Source: Nitrospirales bacterium (GTDB lineage Bacteria; Nitrospirota; Nitrospiria; Nitrospirales; UBA8639). Taken from it: a DNA stretch of 64,000 nucleotides. Made by a program: the position numbers and the translations under genes. Location: positions 1,120,001 through 1,184,000 of the forward strand of contig CBDBCZ010000016.1 in assembly GCA_965203295.1 (NCBI GenBank). The letters run 5' to 3'. Shown here piece after piece: positions 1-32,300 of the stretch. The notes beneath the pieces are model-generated. The model saw only the letters and a program-made list of their open reading frames with translations. It did not search any database and was not told the DNA's origin. The stretch's first letter is position 1. Each line of letters begins with the position of its first letter.

Positions 1-489
1 TGATGTTAGCTGGACATTCCACAGCTTATTTGTAGAGACTCTGGTGATATCACAGTCCTCTCATTCCATGCAGTGTTCACAGCTCTTGTGTGTGGTAAAC
101 TAGCTCGTGTATTCCATGGACAGTTCATCAAGTACATGTACTACTGTAACAGGTGTTCAAGTGGAGCGGTCGATTCTGAGTTGCAGCCTCTAGTGTAGGT
201 CTATTCAGTTACCTTACTCACTCAACACTTTTCATAACTTTTATGCAGCAGATCATCACATAGCTAACATGAACACTGTCACATACACCTAACACAATAG
301 GTAACAAGAAATCAAGAATGCATCACATTTCTCCCCCACTATACTAATACTTACGTGTAATAATTATGCATACATGTACATGCATGACTTAATCTGGCAT
401 CATTTTAATCGACCGCTCTCCTTCCTGAGGACATTGCAGTTATTAAGCATTTATCTGTGATGAAAGATTGCAGAAACAACTAAGACTAC

Positions 490-1620
490 AAGCAGAGACA
501 AGAGTACCAATCATTCTCCAAACACTGTCCACCAACTACATGTATGCATGCTGTGAATGTGGAGCCACTTTAAGCAGTGGGTGCACCCTATGTACCATGC
601 ATGTGGGTTCCTGCATGTAATAGTCTGCAGATGCAGTGTATACAGGTACTTTGACTTCTTCCAGTATTGCTAATAATAATATTATAATGTCTTTGAGTGA
701 AAACATTAATGGCTCAATCTTTTCCAGACAGGCTATAAGATATTATTGCATTGTATCCGTCATGTATCAAAATAGAGCTTATAGTCAGGCCGTGCCCACA
801 CAAAATGGCTGTTGTGAATGCCAGGGCAGATATTCATAGCCTGAAGTCTGTCTGAAGTGCCCAAATGCATGCATTTTGTACATTGTCATTCATTGTATAC
901 CAATACTATCATCTTCAGTAGGTCTGCTATCAATTAAGCTCTTGCATGCTGAGCCAAGCTATAGGTGCATGGACTCCCATGAAAGCTGGTTAGCCTAGCC
1001 ACTGCATCGTTTTCCAGTCACATGCGGACATGGACAACGGCTACCACCCGAGTTTGAGATCTGTGCCACGTCACCCTTGTGAGGTTGATATGCTGGTTGG
1101 CATAGTCCACCAACATGAGGAGATTGTTATACTTCCTTGTCACTCGGTAGTGGGTCCGGTCGGGCACATTTGTATCCACGTAGCCAAGGTGTTAACATTT
1201 CCATCCCCCGTGGGGGATAGGGCATCAACAATATCTGGTGCAGGTCTGGGGGGCTGTCTTCCTGGTTGCAGCATGATCTCATTGGGTGGCATTCTGGACC
1301 ACACATGTACAGCCTTCCAACTTTTTTTTGCATGGACATGTTTTCCTGGCACTACATCCTACAATGACAAATCACCTGATCCTTATGCAGTGGAGAGCCC
1401 TGCATATTGTAACTCCATTGGAAGGAGTTATCCGATATTCAATTGTTTTTCAGCTGCATCCACACTGAGTAGTTTCTTGTGGCGAGGTCACCTGCAGGCA
1501 GTTCCCTTCAAAATCTGAGCCCTATAGCTAAATGCTGTAGTTAGGATAGTTGGAACTCTCCAGGAAAGACTGGTGATAGCTATTCCTTCGTGTGAGAATG
1601 TGAATGCCTGTGGTAACTAG
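490..1620 (-). pseudogene. Decayed transposase C-terminal region (CxC cysteine cluster, Ulp1-like protease, PHD finger); Ginger/integrase-type DNA transposon relic
   Basis: Minus-strand fragments across frameshifts and stops: GCSARKTCPCKK..VGRLYMCGPECHPMRSCCN (CxC), PHVGGL..VAQISNSGG..ALAFTTAILCG..YLIACLEK (Ulp1-like), HCICRL..GCTHCLKWLH (PHD). No intact ORF. Confidence 0.5.
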
Positions 1621-2247
1621 GTATGAACAAAGTTGCCACTTCTAGATTATGGGAAAACTTACAATTTTGTTGTTCTTTTCTAGTGTACAGTATCTTTCAA
1701 TTGTTAGTCTAGCATAATAAATTAGGAGGAACACAAATTTTTCCCTCCAGGAATGTTATGAGGGGGGGGGGGGGGGTGAAGGGGGTTTGTGTTTCCGACA
1801 CAACCTTCCCGTTCATGCATTGGAGGGAAGTCCTTTGCCACTGCCCGCACAATCACTTCGTGTACTGACTCAGTATATATACTGTCATGCCCAGACGTCT
1901 GAGCGAGACTAGCTACTCAATCAGCCGTATAAACACCGTACATAGTGGTTCTTCAGTTGCGCTGTGTAGACTGTTAACAGCCTTTTTGTTAATGAACACA
2001 TTTGAGAAAAATGCATGGTAGCTATAGCTATGCGTGGTTCATGACTATACTTCTGAATTCTGAACATAGCTATACTTTTGTATGAATGCGGTGACCATTA
2101 TTTGTACCATTCCTACAATATTATTATTATGGAATGACACTTAAGAGCAAGAGCAATATAACTTGTAGACTTGTACGCTTAAATTATTTCTCTGGTGCTC
2201 TTTATATTAGCTGTATGCTATTGAGTATCCATTTTTTATCTATATAA

Positions 2248-2444
2248 GTAATAGTTAAAGGTCAGTTTGGGTGAGGGGAGTTTAAAGTCCGAGGCGAAGC
2301 CGAGAATTTTAACCCCTCACCCAAACTGACCTTTAACTGATTTAATGTATATTGGTATAGCAATAATCCCTGTACATGGGTATGTGGCCTCCTTTGAGTG
2401 CTATAAGCGTGGGAAAAAGTGGTTGCCATGGTAATGTACATTAA
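2248..2444 (+). mobile_element. About 195-bp hairpin-ended non-autonomous element, copy A
   Basis: 2253-2338 folds on itself (agttaaaggtcagtttgggtgagggg ... cccctcacccaaactgacctttaact) around gaggcgaagccgag. The whole unit aligns by eye, with few mismatches, to the reverse complement of 21633-21821. Confidence 0.75.
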
Positions 2445-2829
2445 AATAAATTTAATTTTTTTTTCCACAGTATACAGGCTCGTGCCTATATCCAAGGCAG
2501 AAAAAATTGCATGTATTAGCTATACCTAGCTACTCACTGGAACCCTGCTACTGAGTTAGAGCTTGACAAGCCACAATGCAAATGGCTGAAAGTAAACAGC
2601 ATCATTTGGATCAAAATAGAGAGTCAGTATAATGTTTCTGCAATGATATCGATTACATGCCAATTTAAGTTTACTTCCGACCATTCTAACACACTCAACG
2701 CGTTGCTAGCTATTTTGACACGCTTTCTAGACTTCATATTCCATATACAGTACCAGTTGAGAAGCCACATAAGTAGCTAGGCTACCGGGCGGACGCCGGA
2801 CGGACCGAATGTAAGAAGAGGTTCAAAAC

Positions 2830-20810
<17,981 letters not shown>

Positions 20811-21084
20811 CTATTCCATAGAGAGAACAAATTAAGGTTTTAGTAACTATACTCAGACAATAGAGTAGTTAGTTCAGCATAATGTGTACAGTTATATCAA
20901 GGTAGTCATCAGTGAGACTAAGAGATGAGTTTAGAAACTTTGAATAACACGGTTAGTTAGCAATTTTACATGTACAGGTTGTTTAGATCTTTAGCAAGAT
21001 TAAACTCATTCGCTGTAATTGATCTACAACCGTAAGCAGGAATAACTTTGAACAGGTGATCCACACTGTACGAAGTCACAATGA

Positions 21085-21497
21085 TGAACAAGTTAATAGG
21101 AATTCATACAGGGTCTCTAGGGATAGTAAAGCAACAAGGTGTGTAAAATACGCCATCCCCCCAGAAAAGGTTTAATACTTGCATTTTTGTTTTGGTACCA
21201 CTGAACTGAACATAATTCTTCCCATGCATCAGCCGTGACTTGCACATCAAAGTCAGAGAACTTCAATTAATGATGCTCATCTCAACCTCTCATTCCCATG
21301 TGCATACACAGCATCAGCCAGATTCTATTCTGCAACCTCTCTGGATTTTTATCTCCAAGGATATCTTCTCCCTCAACCTCAAGTACCTCAAACTCTTCTG
21401 CTCAATCATTAGGTTTGAGCATCTTTCTTGCAGCAGTGAGGGTATCCCTTGATTGTGCAAACTGGTGATCATGGAGGATATACTGTATCGTATTCGA
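21085..21497 (-). pseudogene. Crypton-type tyrosine recombinase (DUF3504 / KCTD1-ZMYM-KIAA1958-like) relic
   Basis: Minus strand, with stops and frameshifts: YSI/LHDHQFAQSRDTLTAARKMLK ... ILGDKNPERLQNRIWLMLCMHMGMRG*DEHH*LKFSDFDV ... GKNYVQFSGTKTK. This matches the family pattern LG..P..L...W....HFG.RG.EH..L.WGD...G.EY.E..TKT. Confidence 0.65.
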
Positions 21498-21500
21498 AGA

Positions 21501-22460
21501 GGCCTTGACAAATTACACTAGCATAATTTTGAGAATAATAGCTACACAAAAGCATTAGAGAATTATGCTGAAATAAATGTACAATTTTTGAGACGTGTGA
21601 AAACAATAGGCTATAATTTATTGCTTATCTACTTAATGTACATTACCATGGCAACCAGTTTTTCCCACATTTATAGCACTCAAAGGAGACAACATACAGG
21701 GATCATTGCTATACCAATGTACATTAAATCAGTTAAAGGTCAGTTTGGGTGAGGGGTTAAAATCCTCGGCTTCGCCTCGAACTTTAAATTCCCCTCGCCC
21801 AAACTGTCCTTTAACTATTACATATACAGTAATCGTATGGGACCAGTAGTCCTCTGCAACTACAGAGCGAGTGTTCTATGTCTTACAAAATGCACTCGCC
21901 ATTCAGCAGCAATTATTGTCTCTGGAAGATTACATTTCTTTATCTGCTATGTTACAATGTTGAGGATTTTTTCAGCGTTTTGTCGAGAATTGTGAAATTT
22001 GAGAGAATAATAGGACAACATTAAAAGTTATACGATAATCGGCATAAGTCCCGAGAATAGGGAATAAATAATGCAACCTCTACCTGTTTGTCCTGTAAAC
22101 TTCAGCTTAAAACGTAATAGCCAATTACCTTGGTGTGCATGTATTGAACAGAGAATGTGGCAGTATGCGCTAAGGAATCTCCAGATACTACTACATTTTC
22201 AAATAAAGGGAACACCCATTATGAACACTGATTCAAGTATTCAGTTCTCAAACCAAAACCAACAATCCAAGTATCAACACTAAAATTTTGGGTCTATATT
22301 TAGGCGGTTACTGTTACAAATACATGCATTGATCCTGAAGTGATGATTCCCCTCACTCAGATTGCTTAGTCTGTAGAGACTTTCACTTGGCAGTGCATGG
22401 AAATAAATAAGTACCAAATATACCAAAGGGCTAAAGTTTTAATCTGGAACAACCCATTGC
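21501..22460 (+). repeat. Degenerate direct duplicate of 40946-42337 (GGCCTTGA-MITE plus 3' region and last exon of the SRCR/Calx-beta gene)
   Basis: Collinear shared blocks: aattacactagcata, ctctgcaactacagagcgagtgtt, ccaattaccttggtgtg, aacacccattatgaacact, acaatccaagtatcaacactaa, ttgatcctgaagtgatgattcccctcactcagattgct, aatctggaacaa. Confidence 0.85.
21633..21821 (-). mobile_element. Hairpin-ended element, copy B (inverted relative to copy A)
   Basis: Reverse complement of 2248-2444; hairpin centred on ctcggcttcgcctcg. Absent at the paralogous position near 41050. Confidence 0.75.
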
Positions 22461-23317
22461 CACTGTATAATTAAAGCCTATTCCTCTCCACTAACCCCTT
22501 TGGCAATGTACCTGAAGCATTAGTCGTGTAGCCTCATTCCCAGGCTTTTTATACTGCAAGCGAAAAAAGCTGTGTGGAGGCCTGGGAACGAGGCTACCAG
22601 TCGTGTGTATTGCAGAGAAGATCACTCATGCACAGAACACACTGCAGCTGGCCCCTGACCGTAGGCTATATAGCTCCTTCCCTATTAATATTTTGGTAAT
22701 TACAGTTCTGTTGAGGTGAATAGTTATAGAAAATGCCCTGTTCAATCTTCATTGAGCTGTGACTCAGAGACTCTCCAAGGATTGATGACGATTGAGGCAC
22801 AATAGCTTGTATCCTCATAATGGGCATCATGGTAGACATTCCACACCACATTGTTGTGTACAGCCGCAGCTGATTGTCACTTTACTATAGCAAAAATGCC
22901 ATGTCTGTATGCCCTATGTTACCCTTAAAACAGTATCATGAGATTTGTAGCTGTTGTTACAAAGGAATAAGTAGGCAACCACTTGGAGAATAATAATATC
23001 TCGCTCTCTCTATCTCCAAAGGTGCACCTTTGATGGATTCCCAATGGCTTACATCCAGTAACAGGGAAATTTTAATCTTACTTGGATGCTGATTATTATG
23101 AAAACTCAGCATGAACAAGCAAGTTTTTGAATCTCATTTTATCATACAATAGTAATCAGCCCCGTACTTTGAAGGTTGTGGGCATTCCCAAAATCATAGA
23201 ATGCATGAAGAATAAAACAAATCTCTGTACAGGAACAATCAAATTTAGAACAATAAAAACTAGTCATGAATCGACACTAGCTAGCTAGCTGAGGTTTCTA
23301 CTAAGCTAAGAACACAT

Positions 23318-26300
23318 TTATGACTCTTTAACAACTAGTTTCATCATGCGAAAGATGTCTTCTGCTGTTATTGCAGCCTTTTTGGCCTTGTCATGGTTAT
23401 AGTGGTTTGATGGGATGGAGGGAGGGTAATATCGGTTGGGAAAGCGAGTATCAAGATAGTGTGCCTCCAGTGAAGATGCAAGGAGCTGCAAGCCAGAAGT
23501 GACACTGCTTCTTTCCTGCTCAAGGGCTATAGCATGAGGTGTAAGGCTATGGTGCCCCAAACTCCCAGGGTCAAGACCACACACAGCATACTTTCCTGCC
23601 TTGAGGGCCTTTTCTGCAACCTCATGTGCAAGGAAGCAAATATGACAACAAACCTGATGATTATCATCTACTTTTTCCAGTAATATACGGAGAACATCCA
23701 AATCAGATTTAGCCTGAGCTAGCCACACCCTTGCTGTAGTTGGTTGAGGCTGAGGTTGAGGTGTTGCTTCAAATGGAAATTCTTCACCTGCAGTATTTTC
23801 TGTTGCACAACGTTTGCGATGTGCTTGGGCAGTTTGGTTCCAATGATCAAACTGAGTACCCCAATAACTGTCCCATTTTGGGGGTGATGAATGTGCTGCA
23901 GTCTCCTCTGCACCTGGTTCTTCAAGAGAACTACCACTACTAAGTCGATCGATTTGTTGTCGTAGATACTGGAATGCCTTTGTGGCAAGGGGACTGGGGT
24001 TCTTATCAGGATGCCACTTGAGGTATAACCTCTTGATTGCTTTCCGTTTTTGGTCTTCAGGCAATTTCCAGATAATATTAAGATCTTCGCATATTTGTCT
24101 TTTGATTGCCTTCAGGTCATTTGCATCCAGAGTTTGCCTCAGTTGTATGGGTTCACTTTCATCTTCAAATGTGCACAAGGCATCACTGTCTGCATCACTT
24201 TGTTGGTTTCCTGTAGGGCCACGAAGAAATTTGTACATGTCTAGGACACTTACAGTAGTGCCTTCTTCATCACTGTCACCTGTATATATAAGGTATTCAT
24301 CCATTAGTCGAGGACCCTGTCCATCTCGCGGAATACAGTATCCCACACGAGCAAAGGTGACAGTATCTTCTATTTCTCCATAGCCAATCCACTCTTCTGA
24401 CCTGAAGATATTGTAGATATCCACATCCAATCGATGGTGCCAACATTTTGGGATATGCTTACCCAGTTTGGGGGAAAGCGAAGATGTGGAGGATCCAAAT
24501 TCGGCAATAAATGGAGCATCAAAATGCTGCTCTAGAATCAAAGAAATATCATCATCAGTTTCGGCCTTCAGGAAACGAGATAGTAAATGTGGAAATGTAG
24601 TTCTCTTCAATTCTTTGGGATTAATACCGCTCATTTGAGCTATATGTAACGTCATCTCATCGGCAAAAGGATTGAAGAACGAGTCAATCGTTACTAAATG
24701 TCTGGTAAAATTCTTCAGAAGTTCTGCACTAACGTAAAGAAAGAACTTCTCTGATCCATCGTCATTTGTTTTCTTCTGAAATAAGAACATCATTCTTGTG
24801 GTTGCAATTTTTTGGTTTCTTTTGGGATCAACTGATAGTAGAATATCTACCATCACATTTTTCATTGAAACAACATCTATGCTCTGGAAAAACTGTTCAA
24901 GTGCAGTCACTGTAGGAAACTTAGAGCACACTTTATCTGCCTTGGGTTTATGAAATACATCTTTAGAAACTAAATGTATTGCTTTGGGAAGGCTAGACAA
25001 GGTTAGAACATTTTTAAGCCGTTCAGCTATTGAAAGTGGTACATCACAGTTAGAGCAAAGGTCATGTAGCTCATTAATTGTGCATGCAGATAGGGCTCGT
25101 GGAGAGATTGCTTGTGGCAACAGTAGAGAAAATTGCTCTTCAGTATTACTTCTGAAAAATTCGCTGTACGTTTGTTCTTCTGAAAGCAGGGAAAATAGTG
25201 AGTACCGTGAAGTGGAGAAGTTAAAATCAGTCTTCCTATGGTATCCTTTATCAGGATAAAATAGTAAAGTACTTTTCATCAATCTGCATTCAGTACTAGG
25301 TAGATACAGTGTCTCCAAAGCTTTTGATGATATGGTTGAGTTTGCTTCGAGGAGACTTTGAAGTTTATTGAGTAGATGCTTCACTACTTCTTGTGTATTG
25401 GGATCCAAGGTTTCACCACTGGCTGTGGCATGCACTTTTTCAAGTGCTAACCTAATATGGGCAGGACCAATGCTTCGTTCTACTCCCATATATGACAGTA
25501 CTGTGGGAAGAACAGCATATAACTGGTCTGGAAGAGGGTTTAGAAAAGGTTGAAACTTTTTCATTTCGTCTGTTAGAATGGCAACAACCTGCTGTGGCTG
25601 TACCAGTACGGGAGCTGTCATGTCATCCTGTGCAAGTACCGGAATACAGGATACTCCATTAAGTTGCTTCAACTGGCTCTCTGTGCATTCTGATTCTTGA
25701 AGAAATGTGAAGTTGGCTAGCATTACATGCAGTAAAGGACATTTCTCTCCAGAGATTAGTTCCATCTTGCATTCTTCATCATATTTGTCAAAAAGACTAA
25801 AATTTGAGAAACGTGACTGGGAAATGTTGCAGATATTTTTAATGACATCATCAGTACACGGATTTTGAATCACCCCTATGGCACTATAGAAATCATCTTT
25901 ATTACTCTCACAGGGAAGTTCAGGGAGTACCACAACAGGCTTCAGAGTCCACAGTAGCAATGCATGGTCCTCATAATTTGCTGCACCACAGAGTCTGGCC
26001 ATAGGAACGGCTTTCCCATAAGTATTTTCTGATGAGTGGATAGGTTTTATCAAGCTTAGATGTGGTAGAGTTTCAGTGCATACAAACGGAATTTGTGAAA
26101 CCTTCCTCAAATGGTCCTTGTTTTCATGCCATTTTGTAGCTTGAAACAGATATGTCAGGAGAACCGATGATTTTTCCCGGAGATCTTCATGATTCCCTTT
26201 TGATATTTTCCAACAGAATTTAATAAATATCTCCATACTCACTTCAGTTTGAAGCCCAATCTTGCGAAAGAATTCTAGCCACTCTTTACTGGACAATTCT

Positions 26301-29300
26301 TCTGGAAGAAAGAGAAAGGAATCTGGAAATGTGGTAAAGATTTTAATATCTGGGTCACTGAAATCACTCACACGCTTAAGAGTGCCATTGTATGGTATGC
26401 ACGGGAGCCTTTTCAATGTGTCAATGAATTCCAAGGTAATACCATCCACTTCACTCATTGTCATGGCATCATCCAATAGCTGATCTCTAATATGCAGCAG
26501 CTGCTCAAGCCTTTCTTTGCTACTGAGAAGGTGAAAGTGTGGGAAGATGTACTGTGTATATACTTCCTCGGTATACACATTTTTTATTCCCAAAACTAAT
26601 GGTCGTACTAGCAGTTTTTTCCACATACCATTCGATTTCAGAAACACGCACCCTGAATTTTGCATCCATTTGTCAGAACCAGCTAAGCAGACTCGATTGC
26701 CTGGCCAAAAATGCACTCTACCATGAAGAGTGCATAGTTTTCCATCAATATTTCTAAAGAGTGGCAAAGTCTTAATTTTCTGTAGACTGTCTCTGTATGC
26801 TACATCAGCAAAGTGTATATGACCAAAATATCCAAACAAAACTTCAATGTTTTTATCAATATCTGGGGTATTCAGGAATGCCTGAAGTCTCCCTTCCATA
26901 TGAAAATAATACAAGTTTGACAATACTTTCACAGTGTTAGAAAGTGCTGGACAAAACTCTTCTATTTCTTCAGCTTGGAATGATGGAACTATATCAGTAT
27001 TAAGAATAGGCATTCCAACTTTCCTCAATATCTCAAATACTTCTTCAGTGGTATTGTTTGTACTAGTAGGGCTTTCTGAGGTACATCCTTCGCTACAACT
27101 ATCAGTGGGGTTGATTAATGGCATTAGTTGGTTTGGTCTAAAGGAGAATAATTGGCAGCTCGTGGATGGTAGCAGGGCCCACTGTATTACTATATTCTTC
27201 AAGTGATGCCTGAAGATGGGATCATTCAGGAAGCAGTCCCAGAGTGACTTTAGCATCTCCATATCGATAGGACACTGCTCTATGATTTGCACTCTCCTTG
27301 TACAAAGTGCAGGGGGCAGTTCTGCTGAAAGAATACTATAGACAATACTCCAATTATCATCATCTGGCTGAAGGAAATATGATTTAACACAGTTTATTTG
27401 TTGCATCTCTTGATGGAGAAATAGTTCTTGTTTTCGAGGAAACAGTTCGACAAAGTTGGAATTAATGACCTTATGCTCTTCATCAAAATTTCGAAGTTGA
27501 CTATCAGCAGTCAAAAGCAGTGGAAGATCAAATGGGGTACTGGGGAATTCTTCAGAATTCTGGAGTAGGAACTGTATGAATTGCTGAAAATTTGGGGCTG
27601 ATAGAAAAACTGTTTCTTCAATGTGACATGGGAAGCCTTTCTTGCTTACTTGTTCAGAAAATCTGCTGTAATATTCATACACAGTTGTCTGTGAAATTTC
27701 TGGTAAATCAACTGTTTCAATGTCTTTAAAGTGTAATTGTATTTTCTTTGGTGTAGCTGTGAGGTTCATTCCAATCCTTACCAAAGCATGAGCTACTTGC
27801 GGTAGTACCTCAGACTCAGAGCAAAAGTAGCTCTGCTGTGCGGGGTTGGGGCTGTGTAGGGGATACCACTTTCCGGCAAAAAATTCAAAAGTGGAATTAC
27901 TGGTTTCAGGAGCAGACACTAATTGTTTGTGACAGTCCTGAATAGTCATCAGCACCTCTGCATTCTGACTGTCAAGTTTTTTATAGACCCTCTTTGCAAG
28001 ATCTTTATAAAGACTGTCTGGAGATAATCCACATTGCGGCAGCCATGTTGGAAAAATCCAATAGTATCTTTGTATATCCGCTTTCAGTACCTCTTTTGAG
28101 TCATAGCCTTCCGACTTGAAGTAAAACTCACGGGCAGTCACCAAGAACTTGGCATATGAGGAAGCAATTGCCTCAATCAGTTTGAGGTTCCACTTGGTTC
28201 GGTCATCAGGATAGTTTGTGTTTGTGGAAAGCCATAAATTTCTCCGAGAAGAGCTAAGCATAAAGCGGCCATTGACATGCACTGGAAGTCTTGAATTCCC
28301 AGGGAGGGGCAAGAAACAGAAAAGTTTCCCTTGAAAGGAGATATCATTTCCAGGTTTTAGGCGAGCAGCTATTCCATGTATTGGTTTGACTCGAGGGGCA
28401 AAAATCCAATCTTGTTCCTGATTGTCAATGTCCCCCACTCCCTTCTGTATGAGCCATCGTTCGGATTCTATGCTGCTAGTAGATTTATCTATGGATGTCA
28501 TGGAGTACATGATGACGTGAGACTCACTTCCTTTCTCTGCAAAAGCTGCCACCTTCCCATGCAGCTCATTTTGTTCTACAGTAGCAGTTTCAGGATTGTC
28601 AAGGCTTACTTCAAACCAATGAGTTGTTTTCAATTTAGGGACTGCCTCATCTTCAATCACAAAGAATTTTAATTCAACTATGTGGTTCAAGAAAAGAAGG
28701 CATTGTTTTATATCGGGAGTCCATTCATCTATGTATTCTTTCATTTTCCAATCAGGTAGGCCCATACTGAATGAGTGATTGTCTAGTAACTTTGACTTTT
28801 CCACTAGCTTACGAGTGGAACGGAGAGGAAACCGAAACAAAGTTCCCTTCTTGAGTTCACTAGGACAGCACAACAGTTCATCCTGTAAATATGGTGCCTT
28901 CAGATCTGGCCAGTGTGTCCAAAACCTCTCATCTAATTTGTCATATCTCCTTCCTGGTCGCCTTTCATTAGCTCCAGGAACATATCGACAGTGAGGATCC
29001 AGGACGCACAGAGTGGTCCCATCTGAAATAAAGCTGGGGCAGTCAGTGAGGTGGTACACTACATTGAAGCCAATGCCATACATGCCAATGGATTCTGAAT
29101 CGGTTCTCTTGTTGCCGAGTCCAAGTTGCTGAATGCCTTTTAGGTCCTCTTCACTGAAGACACTGTCATTCCACACCAGTAGTGCAGGACCCTGGAGATC
29201 TTTCCATTCATCAGATGGTAAACTATCTGTACCATGCTGCCGCATGTCAAGAATAACATACATTTTTGTTGCTTTGGCATCATCTGCATTTTGGAGGAGT

Positions 29301-32300
29301 TCTTTCAAAATCGTGACATCAAATGAGTATTCATTCAATATGTTCTTAATTCTCCGAGTCAGCTCTTCTTTTTGGCCAAACTCTACACCATAAAAGTCAT
29401 CACTGATTGCTTCATACTTTTGAAGGAGTTTGCTGCGAACCATTTTTACACCAAGTTTTTCTGCTACAGCCCTTGGAATACATTCATTCACAAATAGACA
29501 GTCATCTTCAGCCTCACACCATGGAGCATCATTGTAAGCCAACTTCTTGGCATCATGCATAATGAACAGTGTGTCTGGAAGATAGCAGGTGAAATCATCA
29601 GGTAGATCTGTTGCCTTCTGCAGAGTCTGTAGTAGGATAGGGATTGCTTTCTGGCACTTATCATCAATTGGTACACCAAGTCTTGTAGAATCTTGATACA
29701 TATTCTTCAAGGCTGATAGAAAGTCTTCTGGTACAAAACTTTCTCGGATATTCATTGCTGTAGTAAGATTAGGTTTTGTAGTCAAAAGGGACGGAAGACT
29801 GAACAAGTATGGTCCATTGTGGTCCCAATTTTTGGCAACTGCATTTGGGAATATAAACTGTTTACCATTCCATACACATGGTTGGCACTGCAGTTCAGCA
29901 AACAATGGGTCATCTGGCTTCAATAGAAAGCTAAGCTGTGATTCAAGCCACTCATACACTTTTACACAAGTGTCTTCTATGAATTTGATATTAATGGATG
30001 GGGTGGCTGGTACACAAGTGCCAGGCAGATTAGGCTGCTGAGCTTCAAATACTTGGATCAAATGGCAAAAATGTTTGACAACCTGTTGATTGGTTGGGCA
30101 GGTTTGGATATGGATGAGTCTACTTGGAAAGTACCCACACCCACCATTCTTGGGAAGTTCTTCACAGAGAATTGAAACTTGTGATCCAGCCAAGATACTG
30201 TTACTTTCTCCCTGTACAAGTTCCTTGGCACTTAGCAAACTGTACTTCTCGCCAAACCACTCAAGTGGGTAGCCCTTTGGCTTTCTCTTGACAGGAAGGA
30301 ATGGGATTTCTGCTAGTGGCTTCAGGTCTGCTCGTTTGTACCTCGATAAGCACTTCAGTATTAGCTGGACTCTTTCAAGAGCCTTCAATTCATGTTTAGA
30401 ATATTGGTCACATATAGATTGAGCTCTCTCTATTAGCATAGACAAGGGTATAGAACTGCTAATCATTCCAAGTTGGTTCAGAGCAGTACAAACAAGCCCA
30501 TTGTTATACAGTGTCTTCAATGGAAACACACCATCCTCAGGGTCATAAAGGCTGGCGAAAATTGATCGAGGATCAACAACCTCAGTAGGAAGCTTTAGAT
30601 TCATACCAGTAGGAGTGCAAGGGATGCATCTGTTTTCAATCATAAATCTCTTGAGGTACCTCTCTCGCTGTGTTTCTCTGGCTGACACCACTGCAAAAGT
30701 TTGCAACAGACATTCAAGAACTTCATTTCGAACATCAACCAGACTTTCTGAAGTTATGTTCTCAAAGAACTGCTGAATAAATATCTCCTCAGTGACTACA
30801 ACACGGTCAGATTTAGCTTTAGGTAAATGTTTTCGGTATGAATGTGCAAGAGATACTACTGGAAGTTTCAGCTTCTCAGCAACAGCTAGGATACATTTAG
30901 GTGAATCCTGATTAGCTAAGTGGCAAAGAATACCCTGCAATAGAATCTTACTGTTAGCCAAACACTGCCACCTTGACAGAGATGTGCAGTAAAACAAGTT
31001 GCTAGTACTGGAACAGATGAATTTATACAGTGGAGCAATAAGACGATCCCATGGAACATGTGCTTTTAATTTCTCTTGCAGTGGCCACAGACTGAAATAT
31101 TTATACTCATCCTCTTGAATTTTGTGGACTGAGAACATTCGTTGAAGTGCTACCAACAAGTTGCGGTATGCTTTAGGGATGGTGTGTTCCATTAGTTTGG
31201 TGTTCCACTCGGTCTCACTGCTGCTACTAAGTTCATCATATGAACATTTGATACCTTTTCGATCATTCATTACAGCAAAGTTACTGCTCACATGCACTGG
31301 GAGTCCGGTTTGCAAGGTCAAAGGAAGAAAGCAGAAGACTTCTCCATCAACAGGCTCTGGGATAAAATGAAGAGGTGATTTCTGTTTAACCAGGCAGGCC
31401 ACAGCAGCAGTAGACTCTTTCGGTTTACTGTTCAACTCAATTTGTCTGGTATGTGAAGCCACCAGCCAATGCTCTCGCTGGATATGCGCAGGAGCTTGAT
31501 TTGGAGTGTAGTTCATATACAGGCATACAGCCTTACTGTTGGTGACAATCTTCTCATTTTCAACCTTTCTGAGTTCCAGTATGAGACGAGGGGCTTCATC
31601 TCCTGGGTTGATCCGACTGAATGTTATCTGTTTCACATTACTTAAGAATAAAAGTAGTCTTGAACTGGATTTCTTAATATCATCAATCAACTGGTCAACT
31701 ATCCTCTCATTGTAAATCACATGACTGATTTTACTGGCCACTGTACGAAATGGGAGCCGGAACATGGTCCCACTATATGGTTCCTTTCCATTGAATCCGT
31801 ATAAACCTTCATAGGGCAGTAGTTGTTTGGAATCTGCCACTAACTTTTTAGTGAAAGTCACTTTCTTTCCAGTTCTTGTAGAATCTTTGACATCTTGTTT
31901 GATATATTTTAATGTCGGATCAAAAATATAGAGGTAATCACGACTCACAAAGGAAGGAACATCAGTTATGTGGTATACAGAGCAGAAGCCCACACCAAAC
32001 TTGCCAATCTTCAGAGGTTGATCTTGTTTAGTAGCTCCTGCTAATTTCTGTATATTCTGAAAATCTTCATCTGTGAATTCAGCATTGTTATGAACAATCA
32101 GTGCTGGCCCATGGGATTCTGCCATTCCTGCTAAGAATAGATTTTTGGGAGCCACATCATGTGTACGAGCATCAAAGCAAATATTCATTACTGTTGCCCC
32201 TGCATCGTCAGCATTCTGAATAAGTTCCTTGATAATGGTAAGGCCACCATCATAGTCTCGAAGGATATTCTTCAATCGCTGAGTGAGAGGTTCACTCTGG

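Noticed and set aside
1030..1518. 162-aa + strand ORF
   Set aside because: Antisense to the transposon relic; no recognisable motif.
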